DNA of 64,000 bases, from NCBI GenBank assembly GCA_943788175.1, contig CALSPG010000007.1, forward strand, positions 32,001 to 96,000, in the 5' to 3' direction. Each line of letters starts with the position of its first letter. Positions within the stretch are counted from its first letter, which is position 1. The position numbers were made by a program, and so were the translations under genes. This document shows, one piece after another, positions 44,107 to 52,328 of this stretch. The notes beneath the pieces are model-generated. The model saw only the letters and a list, made by a program, of their open reading frames with translations. It ran no database searches and was not told the origin of the DNA. Origin of the DNA: an uncultured bacterium. GTDB lineage: Bacteria; Fidelibacterota; Marinisomatia; Marinisomatales; UBA1611.

Positions 44107-45465
44107 TCATTTTTGTGATTTAAGAAAGTTTTGGTACCAGTAGTAGCTTTCTTTAGGTACTCTTTCAAGTGATTCGAAATCAACCCAAATCAAACCAAAC
44201 CTTTGACTATAGCCCTCTGCCCATTCAAAATTATCCATTAAAGACCAGGCAAAATATCCAGTACATGGAATGCCTTCATCAACAGCTAATAGTATTTGTT
44301 CAATATGTGAGCGGTGATATTCTACTCTTTTAATATCGTTAACTTTATTATTCTTATCTGGGGCATCTCCATAAGAGCATCCATTTTCAGTAATCATAAT
44401 TTCATTAACGTTATATTCATCTTGTAATCTTTTTAATAGATCGTAGATACCTCTTGGGTATACTTCCCACCCAAAATCTGTTTTTGGCCCCATGGGTATT
44501 TTGTGATTTTCATTTAGTTTTTCATCAATACTTTCATCTCTAATAACCGCTCTACTATAATAATTAACACCCAAAAAATCAGTTGGTGTAGATATTATTT
44601 TCAAATCTCCTTCTTGAATAAAGTTTAGATCAGATTGTTTGATAGCTTCTTTTTCTAATAAACGATCAAATAATAATTCTGGATATTTTTGTTTATATAA
44701 TGGATCAAGGTATAGCCGATTAAATTGAGCATCATAAAAAGCACATTCTTTTTTATCATATTCACTGTCAGAAGCCGGGATGGCTGTGTTTAGATTTAGA
44801 GTAATACCTACTTTTGCATTTTTAACATTACTTTTTATTTCTGGAACTGCTTTTCCATGAGAAAGTAATAGGTGATGTGCTGTATGAAGACTCTTCGCCC
44901 ACTCATTTTTTAACCCAGGTGGCTTTCTGCCTTCTACATAGCCTAAAAAACTTATGCACCATGGTTCATTATGAGTAATCCAGTTAGAAACACGATCACC
45001 TAAGCCCCTGCTTAGATAGTGGCTATATTTTACAAACTGCTCTACCATATCACGGTTTGTCCACCCGCCTAAATCTTCTAAGCCTTGCGGTATGTCCCAG
45101 TGGTTAAGAGTTACAAACGGTGTTATATCATTCTCTAGTAGTTCATCAACTAAGCGATCATAAAAATCCATCCCTGGCTGATTTACTTTATCCTCTGTTC
45201 CAATTGGGAATATTCTTGGCCAAGAGATTGAGAACCTGTATGAATCAACACCCAGGTCTTTCATTAGTTTTATATCTTCTGGAAATCGATGGTAATGGTC
45301 ACACGCAATATCTCCATTGTCACCATTTTTAACTCTTCCCTTTGAATGGCTGAACACATCCCAAACTGATGGGCCACGCCCATGCAGGTCGTGTGCCCCT
45401 TCAATTTGATAACTCGAAGTGGCAATCCCCCATCTAAAATCATTTTTCTTCTTAGTTTTTTTCAT
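44107..45465 (-). CDS. GH1 beta-glucosidase
   Basis: WGIATSSYQIEGA, ACDHYHR, YRFSISWPRI, THNEPW, ITENG, WSLMDNFEWAEG. Confidence 0.95.
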   Translation of the reverse strand: MKKTKKKNDFRWGIATSSYQIEGAHDLHGRGPSVWDVFSHSKGRVKNGDNGDIACDHYHRFPEDIKLMKDLGVDSYRFSISWPRIFPIGTEDKVNQPGMDFYDRLVDELLENDITPFVTLNHWDIPQGLEDLGGWTNRDMVEQFVKYSHYLSRGLGDRVSNWITHNEPWCISFLGYVEGRKPPGLKNEWAKSLHTAHHLLLSHGKAVPEIKSNVKNAKVGITLNLNTAIPASDSEYDKKECAFYDAQFNRLYLDPLYKQKYPELLFDRLLEKEAIKQSDLNFIQEGDLKIISTPTDFLGVNYYSRAVIRDESIDEKLNENHKIPMGPKTDFGWEVYPRGIYDLLKRLQDEYNVNEIMITENGCSYGDAPDKNNKVNDIKRVEYHRSHIEQILLAVDEGIPCTGYFAWSLMDNFEWAEGYSQRFGLIWVDFESLERVPKESYYWYQNFLKSQK

Positions 45466-45513
45466 AATAGTATTTACTTTTAGTTTGTTATGTCGTTAAG
45501 TCATCTAGGAGAA

Positions 45514-45882
45514 TTAACTTAGATTAATTCTTTTATGTTTTTCTATTGGGCCTTGTATTAGGTCTTCAGATTTGCTTCGTTCAATTACTGTTCCACCCGC
45601 TTTATTTCTTTCTTTTTTATTTTTCCATTTGTAGTCTGTTTTAAACCAAGGAACCCAATTGTCCTTAATGGGATTGTATGTACACAGCAGGTCGTAAATA
45701 CCTCCTTTGGTTGGCCAACGAGGTATTGTTGGTTGGTCAGGTTCAAAATTTTTAACCCAGGATATGAAGTTTTTTTGATAAATAACCAATCCATCTCTTT
45801 TCCTATTTGATGACTCACCTCTGCAATTTTCGGAAATGGTAGACATAATTAAAACAATAATTAACTTTAAAGAGATAATCAT
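45514..45882 (-). CDS. Hypothetical protein (122 aa)
   Basis: ATGA overlap with the upstream GH16 stop; lies in the run of same-strand locus genes. Confidence 0.55.
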   Translation of the reverse strand: MIISLKLIIVLIMSTISENCRGESSNRKRDGLVIYQKNFISWVKNFEPDQPTIPRWPTKGGIYDLLCTYNPIKDNWVPWFKTDYKWKNKKERNKAGGTVIERSKSEDLIQGPIEKHKRINLS

Positions 45883-47150
45883 GGTTTTTTCTTATATACT
45901 CTAAAATGTTCTATTTCCATCTTGGTTGGGAATGCGTTGTCATCAATACCTTTAATTCCTCCCCAATTGCCACCGATAGCTATGTTCAATATAAAATGGA
46001 ATTTTTCATCAAAAGGCCATCTTTCCCAGGGTTGATTGTTTTTAGAGTAGGAGAATATTAATTTATCATCTACAAAAGTCTTAATCTGTTTTTCATCCCA
46101 TTCTAGTATGTAGTTTTTAAAGGTACTGATTACATCGTCAACGACGATGTGTTTTGTTTGGTCGGAATTAGAAAGGTCCCCATGGTGTGCAATATTATGA
46201 ACCGAAGAAACAATATGGCCTTCGTCAAAACCTACATGTTCTAGTACATCTATTTCTCCGCTATTTGGCCAATTACCATGCTTCCAATCGGTAGGTAGTC
46301 CCCAAAAAGCAGCCCATGTTCCAATTCCTCTTGGAAGTTTTGCTCTTATTTCAAATCTGCCATATTTCCAGCTCTTTTTTGTTTTTATTCTAGAACTAGT
46401 GTATTTAGATCCATAAAAATCTTCTTTTAATGCCTCAATGATTAGCTTCCCGTTTTTAATTCTAACATTCTTCAGGTCATCCGTGTAATACTGAGCCTCA
46501 TTATTCCCCCATCCTCCTCCTGTAACCCAGTTTAACTCTTTGTCAATTCTAGTTATAGGTTGTTTGTTTTTAGATGGTTTAAGCTTTTTATTTCTATAGT
46601 ATGTTCCTTCAAGCCCAGGCATCCCATTTTTAGTTGTGAGGTTGGGCCCCGAGATTAACCTTTTGGTAAAATTTTCACTTTCCCAGCCTAAAATCATTGC
46701 TTCGCCACCACTGTCTTCAAAATATTCGATTACTATTGGATATTTTTTGTTACCTTGAAGCGTTATTGTGCCTTTATTTTCTGTTGCAGGCTGAGCTTTC
46801 CAGTTATTGATTATGTTTTTGCCGTCGATAAAAAGCCGAACACCGTCATCTGATATTGTATAAAAAGTATATTTTGAGCTTTCATCTATTTTAATTTGAC
46901 CTTCCCAGCGAACTGAAAAATTATCACTTGGGAAGTCTTTTGGTGCGAAATATGGTGAGCTTATACCATACTCTTTGAATGAAGGTGCTCCTGTCCCAAT
47001 GTCGAACGCCCAGCTTGAAAGATCAATGTTTTTATTACTAAACTCATCTGACCAAACTAGGTTCCAGTCGTTAATGTTTTTGTTTTCTTCTTTGCATGAG
47101 TTCAGAAAAAAGGTTAGGGCAATCAAAAGCAAAGTAGATAAAAGGTGCAT
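45879..47150 (-). CDS. GH16 laminarinase-type lipoprotein with an inserted PA14 domain
   Basis: Lipobox LNSC; WSDEF...FDIGTG, PA14 motifs DNFSVRWEG and SDDGVRLFIDG, then GWGNNEAQYYT, GEIDVLEHVG. Confidence 0.9.
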   Translation of the reverse strand: MHLLSTLLLIALTFFLNSCKEENKNINDWNLVWSDEFSNKNIDLSSWAFDIGTGAPSFKEYGISSPYFAPKDFPSDNFSVRWEGQIKIDESSKYTFYTISDDGVRLFIDGKNIINNWKAQPATENKGTITLQGNKKYPIVIEYFEDSGGEAMILGWESENFTKRLISGPNLTTKNGMPGLEGTYYRNKKLKPSKNKQPITRIDKELNWVTGGGWGNNEAQYYTDDLKNVRIKNGKLIIEALKEDFYGSKYTSSRIKTKKSWKYGRFEIRAKLPRGIGTWAAFWGLPTDWKHGNWPNSGEIDVLEHVGFDEGHIVSSVHNIAHHGDLSNSDQTKHIVVDDVISTFKNYILEWDEKQIKTFVDDKLIFSYSKNNQPWERWPFDEKFHFILNIAIGGNWGGIKGIDDNAFPTKMEIEHFRVYKKKP

Positions 47151-47171
47151 AGCTTTATAAAATTGTAGAAA

Positions 47172-48182
47172 CTATACTTTAGTACTATTTCGTATAATAA
47201 TGTTTACAGGTATCATTGAAACTTGCCCAATAATCTCCTCTTTTTCAGATACCATATTCTCTATAGTTCGAATTGCCTGTTTCCCTAAATTTGCAAAATT
47301 TGTAGATATAGAAGTCAGTTCAGGGGTAATGGATTCACAAAAAGATAAATTATCGAAACCTGCTATTATAAAATCTTCTGGTATTTTGTAACCATGTTCG
47401 TTCGCAGCTTTCATAAACCCAAAACAAGAATGGTCATTGCAGCCAAATATTGCAATTTTGCTTAGTCCTTTATTTTTAAAATCAAGGAAGGCTTCACTCC
47501 CGGACTGACTTGAAAAATCACCTTCAAACCTCCACACAAGATCAAGAGATTCTCTTTCATTAATATGATCTATAAAACCATTTTTCCGGAAGGATGAATC
47601 CATCGCGTTTCTTGGCCCGGTGATTACGCCCACGTTTGTATACCCAACTTCTTCAAAATGCTTTGCTATCATATACCCGCCGCTGTAAGAATCAAAAGAA
47701 ACTGTATTTACTTTTAAATTTTTTCCTGAGATTAAAGATACAATTGGATAGGTACCTACACCTTCCTTTATTGCGGTATAGCTTTCTTTTTCGAGTCCAG
47801 GAAGAAAAAGACAAAGACCACTATATTTTTTACTCAATTTAATAATAAAGTCCACAGGGTCATCTTGCCAATTGTAATTATCATCTACTCGAGCATCAAT
47901 ATTTATGAAAACAATATCTGATTTTGAATCTCTCGTTGCTTTATGAAGTCCATGGAAAAGTGAGGAGTAAAACTCACCTTGTCTTATTTCGGTTATTAGG
48001 GCGATGGTTGTTTTTTCAGAGGCATCAGACTCTCCGATGAACGGGTATCCTAGTTTGCGAGCTGCGGCATAAATTTTTTCCTCATTAATTGAGTACTTTC
48101 TTTTTTTGCGTCTAAGCGCTCTTGATACAGTGGCTATTGATAACCCAGTATCGTCAGAAACTTGTTTTAGAGTTGCTCTCAT
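47172..48182 (-). CDS. LacI family transcriptional regulator
   Basis: TLKQVSDDTGLSIATVSRAL HTH; CND...IPEDFIIAGFDN...PELTSI sugar-binding domain. Confidence 0.93.
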   Translation of the reverse strand: MRATLKQVSDDTGLSIATVSRALRRKKRKYSINEEKIYAAARKLGYPFIGESDASEKTTIALITEIRQGEFYSSLFHGLHKATRDSKSDIVFINIDARVDDNYNWQDDPVDFIIKLSKKYSGLCLFLPGLEKESYTAIKEGVGTYPIVSLISGKNLKVNTVSFDSYSGGYMIAKHFEEVGYTNVGVITGPRNAMDSSFRKNGFIDHINERESLDLVWRFEGDFSSQSGSEAFLDFKNKGLSKIAIFGCNDHSCFGFMKAANEHGYKIPEDFIIAGFDNLSFCESITPELTSISTNFANLGKQAIRTIENMVSEKEEIIGQVSMIPVNIIIRNSTKV

Positions 48183-48415
48183 TTATATTTCTTATTTTTT
48201 AATTTTATGATTTATTGCCCTGTTAAAAATATGCTGATATTTTAAATATTGCAAATTTTTTTCATTATTTTGAAAAAAAATATGAAAAAATATGAAAAAA
48301 TATTGCATTTTTGGTAGAATGTGGATTATGTTTTAAACATCATAAAATATTCTTAGTCTAATTTATGTCATCAAGGTAAGAATACTTTTTTAAATGAAAA
48401 AAGAAGGAAAGTAAT

Positions 48416-51400
48416 ATGAGCAAAAAGATATCGTTTTTCACTCTAATCTTTGTCCCTTTATTATCATTTGGTCAAATGCAGATAAATAGTTTCGATTCTG
48501 AGCCAGCTGATAGTACATACTGGGGATATGAAATTTCAGAAAATGCTGACAGTACAAAGAGTTTTGTAAATATCAGCTATATAACAGACCAAGCTGCCGA
48601 AGGGTCAAGTGCAATGCAACTTGAATATAGTGGTCACAACAGTGAGTCATGGGGTGGTTATGCAAAAATTGAGCATTATGCTCGTCAACCACTTCCTCCG
48701 GATACAACTGGTGGTGGAGGAACTGGACCTGGTATAGTTGATGGTTCTTCTATTATTTTTTCTGGCACTTTTGGTGGAAGTCAGGTAGATACTACAACGA
48801 TGACCTACACCAATCCTACTGGTTCAGAAAGCTGGGCTGGTTTTGCTAATGAAGACACTACATTTTACCCTTTTAGTTTCCCTGGTGGGGGGGCTATTAC
48901 TTTTATGGGTTCTACCGCTGGAACAGATGTTGATGTTAATTTTCGTTTTGAATATCAACCTCATCCAAATGTAGATCCATCGTATAATACAGCTAGTATA
49001 ACTATTTCTGGAACAGACCGACAGCCTTATACTGTCCAAATTCCTCCTCAAGGCAGCAACACTTACAGCTCATTTTTGTTATATGTGAACACTCTGGATG
49101 CTCCTGTAACAATTACACATGTCCATGTGCATGAGGGAATTATTTTTTCTGGCACTTTTGGTGGAAGTCAGGTAGATACTACAACGATGACCTACACCAA
49201 TCCTACTGGTTCAGAAAGCTGGGCTGGTTTTGCTAATGAAGATGCTTCAGTATTTCCATTTTCATTTCCAAATGGAGGACATGTTCAGTTCATGGGTTCT
49301 ACCGCTGGAACAGATGTTGATGTTAATTTTCGTTTTGAATATCAACCTCATCCAAATGTAGATCCATCATACAATACTGCGAGTGTAACTGTATCTGGAA
49401 CAGATCCACAGGCTTACACGGTTGAAGTCCCATCGCAAGGTGCAAACACATTCAGCTCATTTTTGTTATATGTGAACACTCTGGATGCTGCTGTAACAAT
49501 TACACATGTTCATGTGCATGAGAATCCTCCCCCAATGACAGACATTATTTTTTCTGGCACTTTTGGTGGAAGTCAGGTAGATACTACAACGATGACCTAC
49601 ACCAATCCTACTGGTTCAGAAAGCTGGGCTGGTTTTGCTAATGAAGATGCTTCAGTATTTCCATTTTCATTTCCAAATGGAGGACATGTTCAGTTCATGG
49701 GTTCTACCGCTGGAACAGATGTTGATGTTAATTTTCGTTTTGAATATCAACCTCATCCAAATGTAGATCCATCATACAATACTGCGAGTGTAACTGTATC
49801 TGGAACAGATCCACAGGCTTACACGGTTGAAGTCCCATCGCAAGGTGCAAACACATTCAGCTCATTTTTGTTATATGTGAACACTCTGGATGCTGCTGTA
49901 ACAATTACACATGTTCATGTGCATGAGAATTCAGCACCTTCTTTAATTCAAAATAATCAAATTGCTGGTGACTTAACTCAGCAAGATTGGCAGTCAACAC
50001 GGCAAGAAGATGGAACAACTATTTTTTCTATGCAGCGTGAAAATGGAGAGCTTTGGGACTGGTCTGGATATGATAGTATTTCTTTTAAATTTAATAATAC
50101 TATTCCTGCATCAGAGGCAAATAGAATACACCTAAGGTTGAATCTAAGTGATTACGCGGGGGTAGACAGTGTCTACACTGGTTTAGGTGAATATTATTAC
50201 TCTTTCAATTATATTCTAGATAGTGAGCCTGGTTGGAATACGGTTACCATACCATTAGTTAGAAATGACGACTGGAATGGTGGTGGTTTTAATTTAACGG
50301 GCTGGGCTGGTGACACTGATAATTCTGAACTAGACACCTACGCAATAGGTGGTTTCCATCTTGAGTTTTCTGTAGGTGGAGGTGGTGAAGGTGATGTTGT
50401 CAATGGCACTATTCTTCTTGATGATTTTAAGTTAGTTGGTTACAAAGGTGTTGATCTTGTAATCTTTAATGGAATGGCTTCTCCTCCAGAATGGGGCAAC
50501 TCATTTACTTGGGGAGGTGCACAGATATCCGTAACCGAAGGTGGTGGATATATTCCAGGGACTAATGCGCTTACGTATGTTCAGCAAGAATGCTTGGACA
50601 GGTGGTGGTTTTAACATGACTCCTCCTGTCGATCTTCGTGGTGGTGGCGAGTGGAATAGTGATTCAATTTCTTTCTGGATGCAATCAGAAGCAGATGCGC
50701 CTCAGTTAAGATTACAGTTTGAAGGCGGGACTGGTAAAGTTGGAGGAAATTTCACCCCAATAGCAGTTGGTGGTTGGAATCATTATAAGCTTGCACTAAA
50801 AGATTTTGCTTATGTAGATAACACCGCAGACTTTGATACTAGTGCTATTACTGTCTTTCAGATTCTTTCTGAAGGCAATGGTGCAGCAGGGAGAACGTTT
50901 CACTTTGATAATATGTGGACAGGGAATCCTGATATTGATGTAGTTGCTCCGGTTGCTCCTGAAAATGTAAGCGGGATACCAGGTGCTAATTTCAACTTAG
51001 TAACGTGGACAGATATTGATGGAGAAGAAGGTGAGATGTATCATGTTTTTGGTAGTACAAACCCAATTACTGAACTTAATGCTGAAGGTGTTGAATCTAT
51101 TGCAACAAATGTTATCGAAGGCGCTCAAACAGCAACTCATTATTTGGTGTCTCCCTTAGAAGATATGGACGTTACTTATTACTATGCTGTGTTATGTGTT
51201 GATGCCGCTGGTAATATTGGCGCTCCCGGAATAACGAGCTCTCCAGTTACAAATCAGGCAAAAGGAATTCCTACAATATCTCTCGATGTCCCTTCCAATT
51301 TTATTGCTGATGGAGACTTGGGAGAGTGGACAAACAGTGGAATTATGCCTTTTGTAATTAATCCAACAACTGGTGGTGTTTGGTCAAATGTTGATGATGA

Positions 51401-52223
51401 GTCAGACTTAAATGGAACTGTTTATTTAGCAATTGACGATGACTATTTATATTTTGCCGCAGATGTCATTGATGATGATTATCACTTTGGTGAAGGTAAT
51501 TGGTGGGATCAAGACGCTCTTCAATTGTTTCTAGGTTTATATGATTCAAGGGGTCCAAAACATTCAGCAATAAAAAGAGGTGAAGAGCCTGATTATGTAA
51601 TTTATGCGAATGAAAACACATTGCAATTAGACAATCCTGGAAATGTGAGTATAGGTAACTCTGATGAAGAACATTATCACTTTGAAATGTTCGATCCAGA
51701 TTATGTTGTAGAGGGTAAGATTTCTCTAGATACTCTTGCTGCATTATCAGGAGACCAAAGGTTTCATCCAGCTAATGGAATGAAAGTACCAATTGATATT
51801 TACTTTCATGATAATGATAATGGAACTTGGGAAGGTAATGTTGGTTACTCAACGCTTTCGAATGATCAACAGTGGAATAATCCAGGTGAGTGGTCATTTA
51901 CATGGATTGGTGATCGGTCTACAGTACTAGGAAACGATAATGAAGCACCGATTGCTCCTGAAGTATTCGCGCTTTACCCAAATTATCCTAACCCATTTAA
52001 CCCTGTTACAAATATCAACTTTTCACTTCCTGAGAACCAGAAGGTAAATCTTGGTATTTACAGTGTTACAGGTAGATTAGTTGAAAGCTTATTAAATGAA
52101 GACAGGGTCTCTGGTTTCCATTCAGTACAGTGGAATGCGGGAAGACATGCTTCAGGCGTTTATTTTTATCGATTAGATGCTGGGGCTAATTCAAAAACTC
52201 AAAAAATGATTTTATTAAAATAA
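48416..52223 (+). CDS. Secreted multi-CBM surface glycan-binding protein (CBM11-like, 3 tandem repeats, FN3-like, CBM9/DOMON-like, C-terminal sorting domain); +1 frameshift near 50589
   Basis: ORFs 48416-50614 and 50541-52223 join as QQDAWTGGG if one A is removed; IADGDLGEW...DDDYLYFAADVIDD is CBM9-like; NYPNPFNP...SGVYFYRL tail; no catalytic GH motif seen. Confidence 0.75.
48752..49930 (+). repeat. Three tandem ~387-bp intragenic repeats (129 aa each)
   Basis: Copies start at 48752, 49139 and 49544; copies 2 and 3 are identical by eye over 387 bp; copy 1 differs mainly in two patches. Confidence 0.95.
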
Positions 52224-52237
52224 ATTCATTTATTTTT

Positions 52238-52275
52238 TAAAAAGAAAGGCAGGATTTTTCCTGCCTTTCTTTTTA
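52238..52275 (+). terminator. Strong intrinsic terminator / stabilising hairpin
   Basis: Perfect 17-bp inverted repeat TAAAAAGAAAGGCAGGA-TTTT-TCCTGCCTTTCTTTTTA. Confidence 0.88.
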
Positions 52276-52328
52276 CTTCAAACTGCGGAACTAATTTATA
52301 TTTACACACACCTTTTTAGTAAAATTTT

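Noticed and set aside
48752-49930. Repeats as a CRISPR array or a diversity-generating retroelement TR/VR pair
   Set aside because: The repeats are long, in-frame and have no spacers; differences are not adenine-specific; no cas or reverse transcriptase gene in the window.
50580-50595. Multi-CBM gene as two separate genes
   Set aside because: The second ORF has no signal peptide and the first has no sorting domain; removing one A gives a continuous protein.
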